Source: Rhizophagus irregularis (lineage: Eukaryota). From it: a DNA stretch of 64,000 nt. A program made the position numbers and the translations under genes. The stretch spans positions 1,488,001 to 1,552,000 of the forward strand of contig NC_089433.1 in assembly GCF_026210795.1 (NCBI RefSeq), given 5' to 3'. Below, in pieces: positions 47,821 to 62,487 of the stretch. How positions within the stretch are numbered: position 1 is the stretch's first letter; each line of letters opens with the position of its first letter. Under the pieces are notes generated by a model that did not search any database, was not told where the DNA came from, and saw only the letters and a list, made by a program, of their open reading frames with translations.

Positions 47821-50201
47821 ATGGAACATATTGAGGTGTGTTGTCTTTAACACATACGATTTTATAAAATACCTTGTATTTAAATAAACTTTTTTATTAT
47901 TAGACTGTTAAATGGAACGTTTTAGAACGGTTCTCCAAAGTTGCTCGTTTTTCTCGCGATACTGCCGGTTAGGCTTATTTTTTTTAATTAACTATTTATT
48001 AATTAACTATTATTGAACTATCATGTCTAATTACAAAATTTTATATTTCGATAGCAAATATACTTGAGCATCCATTAGCACGCCCTATCGTACCGCACCT
48101 TCCTCCTGGAGTTAATAATCTTCTACAATCGGATCCTACAGTTGAAGAATATGATGCAGGAAGACTTTATCTGGCGAAATGGGCTTTAAATGTTGCCGAG
48201 CAAGCTGAGGATGCGGCTAGATTAGAACATCCAGATCAACTTTTATCAAATAATTGGAGAAAACGTTGGTCTGATACAGAACTTAAGCCCTGGGAGGAAG
48301 AGACAGAGGTGGGGACTTTTGAAGTTCTGAGCGTATGTAATGTCTTTGCAAAAATATATCTCTCATTAGTGAGAGATGTTTTCCATTGTTTCATAATTTA
48401 TAATATGTATATGTACGTATCTCTTTTTATTGTAATATCTGTAAATTAGGGCGATTCAACATTACCGCCATTGCATGCTAGTCGCTCTGAACCTCTTAAT
48501 GCTGAAAAATGGTTTTCTTTTTTTGATGATGCAGAAGGAAGACTTAGGGTAGAAATAAGTGAAGTACGAGAGGCAGTATTTCGAGGTGTAAGTTTTTGTT
48601 ATACATATATAGTACTGCTCCTTAATTATATGAAGTTATTGATATTCTCTCTTATTCATATTAAAAGGGAGTGGAAGATGACATTAGAATTGAAGTATGG
48701 AAATTTTTCTTAGGTATTTATCCATGGGATTCAAGTCGAGTAGAAAGAGATAGTATATTGGAAGCTAAGAAGTATGTATTAATATTCGTTATTTTGATAT
48801 TTTTCAATTTATTTAAAAAAATTTATTTTATAGAAAAGAATATTTGGATTTGAAAAGAGAGTGGTGGGATGATCCTGAAGTACAATCTAGTAGTAACTAT
48901 AAAGAACAGAAATGTAGAATAGGTTCGTACATATATAATAATTAATTTCAAATAATTTTTTTTTTCATAGAATTTATGTGAAAATTTATTTATAGAGAAG
49001 GATGTGATTCGGACTGATCGCACCATATCATTTTTTGCTGTTGAAGATATTCCTCATCCTGATCCATTATCATCAGCATCTTCAACCCTTACAAACAATC
49101 ATCTTGAATCCATGAAGGCTATTTTGATGACTTATAATTTTTATAAAAAAGATCTCGGTTAGTTTAATTTCTTTTTGTGGGTGGGTTTGAGTTTTTTTTT
49201 TAATTTTATACAACAAGCAGAACTCTAAAAAAACCAATCATTATATATAGGATATGTCCAAGGTATGAGTGACTTATTGGCACCAGTGTATGTCGTAATG
49301 CGTGACGAAATTACAGCATTTTGGGCTTTCGTGGGATTTATGAACCGTGTGGTACATGTCCATTTAAGTTATTTTTAAGACTAATAAGTTGCATGTTTAT
49401 AATTATTTTTTTTTTTATTTATTTCGTGATTATTGATAGGAATCAAATTTCTATAGAGATCAAGTTAGCATGAGAAAACAACTTTTAACACTTGATCATT
49501 TAATTCAATTTATGGATCCTCGCCTATATAAACACCTTCGTAAGTTATTTAATGTAGTTTTTCGTGTTGTAAGTCAACATATTATAATGATATTTATGAT
49601 CCTTATGTTACTTTTGTTTCACAGAAAAAACAGAATCATTAAATCTATTTTTCTGTTTCCGCTGGATACTTATTTGGTTCAAAAGGGAGTTCAAATGGGA
49701 CGATGTACTTTATTTATGGGAAGTACTTTGGACCGATTATTTAAGTCCCCAATTTCATCTATTTTTTGCCTTAGCCATTTTAGATAAACATCGGGACATA
49801 ATAATGGAAAATTTAAACCAGTTTGATGAAATATTAAAGGCAAGTGTATGAAAAAAAATAGTTGTATTTATTTTTGATCTATAATTTTAACTTTCTTTCT
49901 TTCTTTCTAAATAAATATTTAGTATGTAAATGAACTTTCTATGAATATTCGTCTTGACGAAACATTACTACGAGCCGAGACCCTTTTTCTTCAGTTTCAA
50001 CGAATGGTTAATGCTATTGATAGAAAGAGATTAGAAAATACGAAAGAAACTTCCGAAGGAGTTAGAAGAAGAAAAGGCAAAGACCCTGCAAGTGATGAAG
50101 AAGGGGAGACTTCTAGTTCATCTAATACGACTACAGCAAAATTACCTGTAGTAAGCGATCTGTTAAGAGAGCTACTTAATAATGAATCTTCTCAGTTTTA
50201 A
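47821..50201 (+). CDS. GYP7: TBC-domain Rab GTPase-activating protein (Gyp7/TBC1D15-like), multi-exon
   Basis: KWNVLERFSKV, IRIEVWKFFLGIYPWDS, IEKDVIRTDR, GYVQGMSDLLAP, FCFRWILIWFKREF, LWEVLW. Confidence 0.88.
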
Positions 50202-51298
50202 AGGATTTTTTTTTTTCCTCATTAGACTAATAAAATGTAATATAATTAATTATTAAGGACTTAGTCACATTATTTTGAATAAAAAATTTCAAACTACTTA
50301 GAAAACAAATTTAATTTTTGAATTTTCTTAAAATATTGGATATCCTTAACAAAAAAAAATTACTAAAATGACGATGTAGAATTTCATCCAATTTTTGGAT
50401 ACTGAAAATAACAAAGAATAAAATAATAGATCTTATAAAGAAAACTTATTACGAATTCGAATTAAAATATGACAGAAAAAAAAAAAGATTATATAACCTT
50501 TTATTTAGGCTAGAGTTAGAGTAGAAAATTTATCTTTTCATTTGTCACCCGTTATACAGGTGATTCTAAAAAAATTTAAATGAATGTCGTATCTAAAAAC
50601 ATTAACATAACTAAATTTGATTATTGAATCCGTTTATCAAACTTCATTTCTTCCAACTGAACAGAAATTTACACCAAAGATCAAACATGATATGAAGTAT
50701 CTTCAGCAATCATTAGCATATGATTATTATGATATGACAATAATACGATAAAAAGGTTGATTGAGGAAACATTAAATATTTTTTTCTTTATTCTACATTT
50801 AAGTAACTCTTTGTTGTCATTGAAGAATAAGTAAGCGTCTCTTGAGAGTTTGATCGTGTCGTGTGATATTATATATATATATTCAATGAAGGATAATTCA
50901 CAGTTAAGTGGGTGGAATATCTTTTAAATGAAACGTTTCAATGAATTTGATTATTATATTGGATACTTACGAGATTACCGATTTTTTTTTAGTAAGCTAT
51001 AAGCAATGAAGTCCACATGTAGAGTTTTCTACATGTTTTAGTTCTTTGTCATTATGTGGTCATGTGAGAATGGGCAATCCAGAACAAAATATTTAAGGGA
51101 GAAGAGCAAATAAATAATTTAATCAATTTGGAATTTTTATCATAGTCTACTTTAATTTTAAAATATCAAAGTCCACATGTTTTTATTAAATAATTATTAA
51201 AGAATTCCATTTTTATGTTAGTCATAGAAGGAGAACAAAACTTTCAAATTTTATACAGTATCGCCCTTACCACTGATCACATTGTGAAAATCATCAAA

Positions 51299-51672
51299 AT
51301 GAATTTTAGGGGTTTACCACAAAAACCCGACATCCAAATCTTGACAGTCTATAATCCCGATACTAAATCCTGGCAGTCAAATCCCGAAGTTTTTTATTTA
51401 AAAAAAAAAATTAAACGTATTATAATTTAAGTTCTATATTCGGACGTTTTGCATCGCTAATAAAATTACAATCACAATTAATGTATTTTTGTTGTATTTT
51501 ACTAGAAAATCGATTTTTTTTCAAACAATGTGAAGTTTGTGAGCTTGCGGTATCACAAAAAGTAATAGAACAAGTAGATGTTCAAGCTGATGTATTATTT
51601 CTTCGTCCAAAGCAAAAAAGAGGTTTGGTTGATAAAGAAGAATTATTGATATTCGGAGAGATCGTGGAATAG
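51299..51672 (+). CDS. Possible small two-exon hypothetical protein
   Basis: Two coding-like segments (MNFRGLPQKPD.. and ..KQCEVCELAV..) separated by an AT-rich GT..AG stretch; no recognisable domain. Confidence 0.3.
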
Positions 51673-54600
51673 CATACAATATTTATTATGAGATTTGAGA
51701 CTTTTAATTAATTTACTTAAAGAAAAGATAAAGATTAAATGGAAATTTATAAATAATCTGCAATGTAATTTATTAAATTTCTAAATCATTTGCTTTAATA
51801 ATTGTATTAAACTTATAACAAAAAATTTATTATTTCAATTTAAAGGGATTATACATATTACAGAATCTCAGCAAAATTTCAGGATTTTACCAGCAGAATT
51901 TCATCGAGATTTTAGGAACTAAGGAAATATTAAGGAAATGTTTTTTTCTACTTCAAAAAAAAAAAGAAATTCAAACGAGGAAACAAAAATGCATAAAAAA
52001 AATTATAAATTATTTCACTTGATAAGTTAGCCCGCAAATAATTTGTATGTGTACCAGCTACATCATTTTTTTGTACCATCTGCACCACTTGTACCATCTA
52101 ATATCGTTTGTATTGGTTATCAATTAAAACAAAAAAAACGAATTCAGAAACAATGTAAATAAAAATTAAATAAATAAAAAAATAAATAAAAAAATCAGAC
52201 AATTTTTACACAAATAAGATATAATTAGAATAGACCCCGGAAGAGAATACTTTATTGTATAAAAACTTATGAAACAAAGAACAACAATTAAAAACTAATT
52301 TCAGGCACAAAGACCTGTTCCAAATCATCTACAATTATCTAAGGGATAACGTGTCGATTAATTAATATCTCATTACTATTTTGTTTATAATTAATTTTGA
52401 CATCAGATCGGTTTTTACGTGCTTGATTATGTACAGATTGTAATTACGGCTGACAAAAATTAAAGTTTGGGATACATTAGATATACTTGTTTATTTACTT
52501 GTTTTCTATCTTATGTTTTATCTATAATCAAATCTTTCACCAAGTATAAAAACTTGTTATGATGTACGAGTATAATTTGAGAAACGATAAGGAATTATTT
52601 ATCCATTTTAAGTAAATAGTTTCTTGAAATGTTATTCTACTTTCTATCTTTTTTCAAAGTCAAGTACCTCAACTTTGATCTATATTTTTATTTCCATTTT
52701 AAGTAATTCTCGGTAGCATTAAAGTAGTGGAACATATTAATGAATGGTGACTCAGGATCAGCTCAGATAAAATCTTGTCTGGTAATTTAAATTTTGATTT
52801 CGGACCGAATAAAAATGACTACTACAATAAACAATTCTTTCCATACGAACACGTTTCTACATCTTCATATATTACACAACATCATTTTCATCATCGTTCT
52901 GATTTCTAAATCTAGTTTATCTTTCTTTGTTTCTTTTTGTTCTCTTTTATAAATAAAGTTCTAATAACAAAGAGAAAATGTTTAATTATTCTAATTCTAA
53001 AGTCGTACTTAACGCGCAAGACATACATGAACAGATGATCAGTTCTTTTTTTTAAAAAAATTGTCCAATGATTACTTTCTTATGCAATGTTTTAAAAGAG
53101 ATTGAGGAGAAAAATTGGGGCGAAATATTAGTTGGGGAAATTTGTGCTACAAAAACTAAACATCTTTGAATTTATCGAATCGTAAAGCAAAAAAAAAAAG
53201 GAGAAACCTAACTCGATAAAAGATCACATGATGAACTTAATGAGTCATTTTTTTTATTAACAGATAAGATCTGCGCGTGATTTTTGTTTGTTTTTTAATT
53301 GTAGGAGATTGCAAATGAAATATGTAATTTTCATGTGATTTGCCCTGAATCATTAACCATTTTTTGTTCAATAAATAAGGTTTTTAATTTAAAAACAAAC
53401 AATACATATAAATACACTTTTTTATATTTTAATTTCTATTCAAAATTGGTTACTATTATATATAGTATATATAGTATATTTTTTACATCTTATTAAAATT
53501 GATATACAAATAATTTACCAATTTACTTTAAGTGTAAACAGCTAATTTTATTTAATCAAAATGGTGAAATAACACCTTGAAGTTATAATTCTTTTTTAAT
53601 ATTATATTTTTATGAAAATTCAAATATAAGCAGCCTTAACGCTATTAAACAACTTTATCTAATTATTAATTTGCCTGTTTTGCATGCAATTAACATTAAA
53701 TACATAAATATTATAATTGTAAAATAAGGTAATTTCAAACTGTTGAAATGATTAACTTATTTTGATAGGATTAGGTATTATAAAACTAAAACAGAATATA
53801 TAGTATAATATAAGCTCAAAAATATGTATATATTCTTCTATAAAAGATAAAGCAAATAGAAAAATAGCACTTCTAACCTATGAGATATTTCCAACAATAT
53901 AATCCAATCTTCTACAAAAATTGTTATATCAATATTAATATATCAGTATATATATATAATATAAGAAATAATTTGTATACCAATAATTTAAATATTGTAT
54001 ATTTTAAGTTTCTTAGCAGTTTTAACACTAGCACAAAAATATTTTTGGAAGTTTATAAGAAGAATATTTATACCAGTATTGTATTAAAGATCTTTTCTAA
54101 ATTCTCAAAAGTATATGTTCTGTCCTGTTGAAAGGAATCTTTTGATAATCTTATATTTATAAATTATAACATCTATATTATATATAGTGTATCAGTCTTC
54201 TTCAATACTGGCTTACCAATTAGATTATTTACAAATTTCATTATTTTTGTTGACATTATTTCTTTTTCAATTCAGTATGTTGTAATAGTTTTAAATACAT
54301 ATTTGATAAGTTTAAATGATATTAATACTCTTTTAATAAAAAATTTTCTCTCTGAATTGTATTTTATAATAAAAGTATATTTTAAATTATATTTTATTAT
54401 TAAGTAAAATTCTTTTAATATTAATTCAAATATTTTATGTAATTTCTTATTTCAGTTTGTAATATTTTCACTTTGCAATTGCTATATAAGGCATTTATTA
54501 TATATTTCTCTAAAGTGAATTATAATAAAGTTTTTTATAATCATATTATAAAAGTTATAATATTTAATATAAGTAAGATATTTTAATATTTAACTTTACT

Positions 54601-56157
54601 TTTTTTTTATTTAATTATTAATATTTATTTTATAAATAATGTTATTAAAATAATTTTTTAATTTTGGATTAATTCAGTTAATTTTAAAGTATATAAAAAT
54701 AACCAATTAAAACTTGGTAGAAATTTTTGCTAAAATTCAGAAAATATAGAGAAATTTTTAATAATTTCCATCTTATTAATTAACTTTATATATTTAAAAT
54801 ATATATAAATCTAACTAAAATTATTGTTAATAAAATTAAAATTATTTAAAAACTTTTTTATACTTTTTAAAATCCAGTAAAATCTTCTGACAAATTTCAG
54901 ATAATTATATTTACATTAATTACATATTATAGAATTATATTATAAAGCTAAAATTAATTTGAAATTAAAAATTATTTTGGCAACATATATAATTTATTTA
55001 ATTTTTTCAAGAAATATTAAAAAATAAAAATATAATATATTATATTATATTATTATTTTTTTTATTTTTTTAAATTTTCAAATGTAATTGAATAGAATTT
55101 TTATTGAATTTAATTGTATAAGTACAATTATATAAACTTCTATTTTTACTGTATAATGAAAATTAGTAAAATTTTAAATCATTAACAAATTTTGAAATTA
55201 TTATTATTTAAATTTTAATAAAGTAATATTTGATATAATAATTTTTAATAAATTGAATTTTACTTATTAATAGTAAAAATTTTAAATTATTAACAAATTT
55301 TGAAATTATATTAATAGGCAAAAGTGGTAAACTACTTAATTATTAGATTATTATTGTATTTAAATAATAAAAATATATGGTATATAGTATAGTAAAGTAA
55401 TAGGTTTATTTTAAAGAAATATATAATTAATAATATAAAAAAATTACTTTATATAAATTTGTTTAGTAGAATACTTCAATTATTTTATTGAATTTATAAC
55501 AAAAATAAAGAGTTTAAATATATATAGTAGATTATTAATAAATATTATTTTATTTATAAAAAAGATTTTAATTATTATATCTTATTTTATTAACTTATTG
55601 AATAATATTATATTTCTTAAATATATTAACAGATTTTTAAATATTTAAAATATAAATTATAATTGACTTTTGACAAATTTTTTAGCATTTAGTAATTCAA
55701 TTTAATAAATTATAAAATTTAAGAGTTATAAAATAAAAAAAGTTTCTTAAAATTGAATTATTAAATATTAAAAAATATTAAAAAAAAAATAGATTAATAA
55801 TTTATTAAAAGTTATAATTTATAATTTATTTTAAAAATATCCAAAATCTTATATTAATTAAAATCTAAATAATACTAAAAAAACTCAGATTTGATTTTTA
55901 TATAAATCTTATAATAAATTTTATATAAAATTATATTAACTTTTTAGCATTAAATTTTGCTATTTTAAGAATTAGTAATTGAATTTTAATAATTTTAGAA
56001 TTGTTAGATTTATCTCATTAAAATGAATATTTTGAATTTTTGATATCTATTTTATCTATTTAAATTTTTTTACAATTAATAAAAATAATATATTGATTTT
56101 TTATATTATTTTATAATATAAATATATATTATTAATATATTAGGCTAAAATTAAATA

Positions 56158-57261
56158 CAGTCAACTCTCTTTATAGTCACACATTTGGGACAGTCCATAT
56201 TTGGTGATTATAAAGAGATGTGACTATATAAAAAATTTCTTATATTAGTATATCATAATTCCGGCTAAAAATTAACATAATTTTAGCCAAAATTATACTC
56301 AAAACTTTATTGTATCGTAACTCCGCCAATATTAATCATAGAGAGATGATCTTACTGCCATTCGATTCGTCTTGATGAGACGGTTCTAATGGTATAAAAT
56401 ACATCGAAATCCAATCACTAGATTAATTTCCGAAATTAAAAAAATATTAATGGTTTTTGTGTGATAACGCCGCCAATATTGATCCTAGAGAGACGTTCTT
56501 ACCGCCATTCGATTCGTCTTGATGAGACGGTTCTAATGGTATAAAACACATCGAAATCCAATCACTAGATTAATTCTAAAATTAAAAAAATATTAATGGT
56601 TTTTGTGTAATAACTCTGCCAATATTGATCCTAGAGAGACAATCTTACTACCATTCAATTCGTCTTAATGCGACAAATCTAATGGTATAAAATACATTGA
56701 AATCCAATCACTAGATCAATTTCCGAAATTAAAAAATATTAAATGGTTTTTAAGTAGTAACTCCGTTAATATTGATCACAGAGAGATGTGCTTACCACCA
56801 TTCGATTCGTCTTGATGAGGCGATTCCAACGAGCTATTAATCGTCTTTTTACAATCACTAGGTACCGAGAAATTTAGCAAAATGTTAAATAGCGCAGTAA
56901 ACGTAAATCAAGAAATATAATGCTGATGCTTAACATTTTGTTGAATAACTCATCAGCCAGTGATCGCAAAAGGATAAAACTACCACCATTCGATTCATCT
57001 CAGTGAGACGATTCTAACAAGCTATGATACATCTTTGTACGATTATTAGATGCCAAGTTATTTAATATATTCTTTATATAACTGTGATTATAAACGGTTC
57101 TTTTTAATATAAGATTTTTGAGGATAGGTGTGATAGTGACTATAGATAGATTGTGACTATATAGGATAGATTTTAATAATAAAGTATTTTGAACATTCAA
57201 CTGGTGTGACTATATAGTAGAATGTGACTATAACGGGAGTGACTATAGAGGGAGTTGACTG
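56158..57261. mobile_element. pogo/Tc1-like non-autonomous element with internal ~147-bp tandem repeats
   Basis: TA|CAGTCAACTCTCT ... AGGGAGTTGACTG|TA; GTGACTATA subterminal repeats; 4-5 copies of CCATTCGATTCGTCTTGATGAGACG. Confidence 0.9.
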
Positions 57262-57699
57262 TACTTAATTAACATTTAACATTACAAATTACAATTTATT
57301 AAAATTTACTAATAATTAATAATTTGATATATTAATACTTTTTTCTAAAATGACAATACTAGTATATAGAGATTAATTATAAATAAAATTTATAAAAAAA
57401 TTTTAAGTATTTTTAATAAAGAATTATATAATATAACAAATGGATTTTTTGATTTATTAATATAGTAATAAAATTACTTTACTAAATACAGTATAGAAAA
57501 ATATTTCGAAATGTTTACTTTACTGAATTTAGGAAAAAATACTTGGAAATGTTTACTTTACTGAAATGTTTACTTTACTTAAAATACTAATAAAATGTTT
57601 AAATAAATCACATGTCTGATACTAATCCTATATCCTACTCTACTAAGAATAAGATGATGGAACTCTCTTTTGAAATAATTAGAAACCATTTAGTTCATA

Positions 57700-58980
57700 C
57701 TTTTCTTTTTTTTTTAATCTGTATTAAAATAATGAATCTGATACAAAATCCCTAAATTCATAAATTCCTGACATCCATAATTCCAGTCCCAACGATTTGG
57801 TGTTATCCTTCTGTGATAACTATAATGATGAAATGATACCAGAAGTATGAAAGTAGTGAGGGTATCGATTATTTCTTTTTCAAGATAGACTGAGCCTAAA
57901 ATGCATATCTACGGACTAGCCAGAGCAATTCTTTGAAAGCATCTAAACTTTTCGCTGATATTAATAGAAATAATTAAAAAAAAAGAGCAAAAAAAAAAAT
58001 ACAGTGTAATACTTGCAAGTTGCATCAATAAAGATCTCTTGATTATAAATAAGTATGGTGTAATAAATGCAAAATATTTAATATCTCCTACAATATCTTG
58101 CATAATTGTCTCTTTATTATTTTCTTTTAGTAATAATAAACTTGATTTTAGTTGATCTGGATCCTTTTAAAATTCTTTTTTAATTAGTTCAGTTTACCAG
58201 TAGTAGCATTGTTTTTGTGTTAAGTTGAGATTATTGATTTCTAATTGACTAAATATTTCTGCAGGTGTTTGACAAAGTCTATCTTTTATAAAGCTTTTAA
58301 TCTCTTGATTTATATTAAACTTTTCTGATCTATCATAAATTAAATCATGGTAAAGTTGAACAATAGCAGTTTTTGAATCAATATCTATTTTAATTTTAAG
58401 TATCCCATTGCAATTAAATCTTTCAATAGACCGTTTATCACGCTGTTTTAATAGATCTTTAATTTTTTTAGGTCTTTTTGCCAAACTAGAATTTTGTGAG
58501 CATTTGTAGCAAAAATTATAAATACAATTCTCTTTTTTTGATTAATAACTATCATGAATTCTAGTAAAATATTATATTAGATCATCATTAAATAATAAAT
58601 AAAAAAAATCTTTTAAAAAGAACTTACATATAATAGTATTCATCACTTTCACATATAATATTTTTTATAATATCTGCAATCTTTTTAACTGAACCATTAA
58701 AACCTTCTATTGAAATTATTTGAACAAAAGCTATTCCACAATCAAAACTTTTAACATATTCTTCCTGTCCCACTGAATAAATTAATTTCTTTAATGCAGT
58801 GAACATTTCTTTATAATTGTAAATTTTTTCATCATAATTTATAGGATCACTATTTTCCTTGTTTTGCTGATAATAAAGCTTTCCTTCATCACGACATAAC
58901 TTGCATTGTTTAAAACTTTTTATTTTTTCCTTGAAAAAGTAGCAGATCTCTACATATTTTACAACGTGTACATACTTATT
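57700..58980 (-). pseudogene. Decayed MULE-type transposase (FAR1/WRKY-like N-terminal region)
   Basis: Fragments RPKK..QRDKRSIERFNCNGILKI, IKSFIKD..TPAEIF..LTQKQCYYW; many stops; family assignment from recognition only. Confidence 0.55.
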
Positions 58981-60034
58981 TACCTATTTTTTTTTGTAAA
59001 TAAAATTAAAGAATTATATATTGGTATATAAATGGGAAGAAATAACAAATAATAAAATATATTTTCACGCTCAGTATTATTTTTTTTTACAAAAAATATA
59101 TACAAGTAGACTTTCTATATAAAGGAATTATATAGTAATAATAGTATAATAAACTGTTATGTTATACAGAATAAATGAATTTCCATAAAAGGTTATTGAA
59201 CAGTTGCGGAAATATCACATCTAATCTCACATGATGTGACATTGCAGAATTTTTTCGGGTGTCACTGGGATAGTTATCATTTGCCAATCTTTTTTTATCA
59301 TAACCACCATCTGTAATTTAATACCAATGTCTTGTTAATAACACCTTTTTTTAATATATGACTAGCTATAGCCTGCTGCTTCGCAACAGGTGATTCAGAT
59401 GGTGCAACAAATAATAAATTGAAACAATAAATGTGAAAATAAAAATTTAAAAAAAAACTCGTATACAATATACATGACAATGATAATCTTCATATATACA
59501 CATGAGTATGTGATAAAGATAATCAAAATTTTATAAAGAACGATTAAAAAAATTGGTTTAACTTGCACAAATTTATATGTGGGTTTCCACAACCATTATT
59601 TATAAGAATTTTAATGTTCTAATATGAAGTAATTCTCGACAAAGCAATATACAGTTGGCCATGAAAAAAAACCGTTTGGGAACAGCAGTATATACTCGGC
59701 AATTTCGAAATAATTTCAGGATTTGACATTTGGCCAATCATTCTAAAATGAAACTCCAGCCAAAAGTTGAAAGTTGGGTTTTCTGGCTGGCATTATAAAG
59801 TTTGTGTAATATTGATGTAACACAAAATTTCATCACTGAAAAATTTCTTTATGTAACATTTATCAGTGTCACGTGTTATATATGGTTCTGGCCAACACCA
59901 AAAAAATTGGTCAGAATTATAAAATAGTTTCAGAATTGATTTCATTTCAGATTTCGAAACTTTTGGATTCAGTCATGTTTTTGAATATATAATTCAGATA
60001 TTCTTTGTCAAAAATTAAGAACAATATCTAGACA

Positions 60035-60291
60035 GGACTCTGCTTACCACCTTATTATAGTTGTATCACCAGGGCGCTATCTTATAAGATAGGTCACCTC
60101 CAGGCCTAAGGTAAAAATCATATATAAAATTCTTTGTAGATCATACTATAAAAGGAAATTTTATGTTACATTGTTATGATTTTTTTCCTTTTTAGCTAAT
60201 TAACCAATAGAATTTAAGAAAAAAATAAGGTAAAAACTATTAGTAAAGGGCCAATTTTTTATGGTGACCTTTATTATAAGTAAGCGAGTCC
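60035..60291. mobile_element. MULE-type MITE nested in the Helitron
   Basis: GGACTCTGCTTAC / GTAAGCGAGTCC ends; exact 10-bp TSD TATCTAGACA (60025-60034, 60292-60301). Confidence 0.88.
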
Positions 60292-60939
60292 TATCTAGAC
60301 AGTTCAATTTCATAACCATCACCAACTATAATTGCAGCAACATCGAAGCACGGGGGAGCGTTGTAATGATGGGCATTATGTGAATGATCACTATCATTTT
60401 GAAGCAAATCTCTTGGTGAAAATTCTGGATATATTGGTTATAAGTATCTAACATATCCTGCAAACTCTGCAAAATTTTGGCATTCAGATCACACATAACG
60501 TGAAGCTGATTGTTATTTTCATAATCAGTCATAAATATAGAGCTGAGCAAATACTGTGTTTTGATATCAAAGATCCTATGCGATGATAAATTTGGCCATG
60601 AATTTTAAAATTCACCTTTACCTTGAAGTTTTCGTCAATCGGCTTAGTACCAAAAGATGAGTATGCCAAAATTCCGTTGTAATAAGCTCTGATGTTTTTA
60701 CGAAAACTTAATGCTTCTGAACAGGATGAATATATAAATCAAGTAGATAAAGGGGAGGATCAAGCACAGGAGTAAGTGGACCTTGCCAACCGCACATAGC
60801 AAACTTAGGCTGCTGTTTCGATCCTTCTCATAGACTCATACAAACAAATCTTGACAGTGTAACACATCTGATCCATATTTCCCAGATAAAAACAGAATCT
60901 TCTTTGTCGGTGACGTTCAGCTCTTTCTCTTTGCAATCT

Positions 60940-61246
60940 TCTTTTATATGACATAGAAGACTCACTTGAAGCAGACATATCGGAGGAGATAAAGAATGAT
61001 TAGCGTGAAGGAAAAAATATAAATCAACATTGCGCAAATTGGGTAGCAATGCATATAAATATATGCAAAGAAAATGGAAACACAATTCAGGGTTCTTTTA
61101 TATGATACAGAAGACTCACTTGAAGCAGACATATCGGAGGAGATAAAGAATGATTAGCGTGAAGGAAAAAATATAAATCAACATTGCACAAATTGGGTAG
61201 CGATGCGTATAAATACATGCAAAGAAAATGGAAACACAATTCAGGG
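60940..61246. repeat. ~153-bp direct tandem duplication inside the Helitron
   Basis: AGAAGACTCACTTGAAGCAGACATATCGGAGGAGATAAAG... present twice. Confidence 0.9.
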
Positions 61247-62416
61247 TTGCACACATATAGGCACAACAGCATGGAGGAAGAATACAATAAAACGGTACAA
61301 ACTGCAAGATAAAAGCAAATCTAATAAACTCACAAGGCATCCAGATCATTTAAGGTTTACATTATTATATCAAACTTTATTTCTCCGTTTACATTGTTAA
61401 TTAAAACTTTATTTTCAAATTTTAAACTTTTTTTTTAAACAAAATTTTAATTAAACATTATTTAAAAATTTAAGAATTCATTATCTACAAAAACTTTAAA
61501 TCATTAATTTATCAATATTATTACTTAAAAATTTTCATCAAACCTTATGTACATTATACTATAACCACAAACTTTAAACTAATCTTCAGGTTTCTTTTTA
61601 CAAAAGCAAAGCGAATTGATTATACAAACAAAAGAACTTGCAAACGCACACGCAGTACAAAAACGCGATGACGCAATAAAGAACATTGTACTCAAAGGTG
61701 CCACTTTTTAATTCGATAGATTCGTAGTTAGTTATGTATCATAATTCTTTTTTCCACAATTAGGAAATTTTGCAGGTGAAAGCAATTCCCGGAACTTCAT
61801 TAGTAATTACGCGCACAGCCCCTATTCTTCGGCAAGAATTTTTCCGATATTGTACTGTGCATTAATCTTACGAAATCTCTAAATTTATAATCTCGACACT
61901 CATACTGTCAAAAACTGAAAATCCCGTATATATATATATAAGAAATTGAAAATCCTAAGCCATAAAATCCCGAAATTCAATATACCGATAGATTTATAAT
62001 TAATTAAAAATTTATATATAATTAGATTTATATTAAAAAGTAAACTTTTCTCACTTCACAAAAACTGTTACAGATAGTCTTCATATTTTTACATATTTTA
62101 GTCATGAAAAACTATATATTATTCAACAATAAGCTTATTAAAATGAATTGAAATATTTGAAATTGAATATTGAATTTCGGGATTTTGATAAATATCAGGA
62201 TTATTGAATTTCGGGATTTTGTAAGTGTTGGGATTTTTGAAATAGCCTGGATTTTCAATTTCAGGATTTTTGGAAATCGGGATTACAAAGTATCAGAATT
62301 ACAGAATTACGGCATTTTATTGGATTTAAAAAGTTTTTTTATAGTAACATTTTTTTTAAAAAATATTCTTTTAATTTTTTTTTATTAACAAGGTTAAAAA
62401 TTTTAAAAAATTTAAT

Positions 62417-62487
62417 AATACTATCAATAATACTACCAATTATACTATCAACAATACTACCAATAATGCTATCAATAATACTATCAT
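62417..62487. repeat. 12-bp minisatellite (AATACTAYCAAT)
   Basis: ~6 degenerate copies. Confidence 0.75.

Larger units (their letters stand above)
59362..61720 (-). mobile_element. Internally deleted Helitron
   Basis: Minus-strand 5' TCTATCGAATTAAAAAG; 3' hairpin CCTGTTGC-GAA-GCAGCAGG then CTAG; inserted between A and T with no TSD; RepHel N-terminal remnants (FRKNIRAY, IHGQIYHRIGSL, YNAPRASDVAAII) at ~60305-60830. Confidence 0.88.

Noticed and set aside
52180..56150. Gene remnants and ORF 53880-54131 in extremely AT-rich DNA
   Set aside because: No recognisable motifs; probably heavily decayed repeats
61900..62345. Possible TIR element (CATACTGTCAAAAAC start, AAATCCCG/CGGGATTT repeats)
   Set aside because: No convincing right terminus or TSD could be identified
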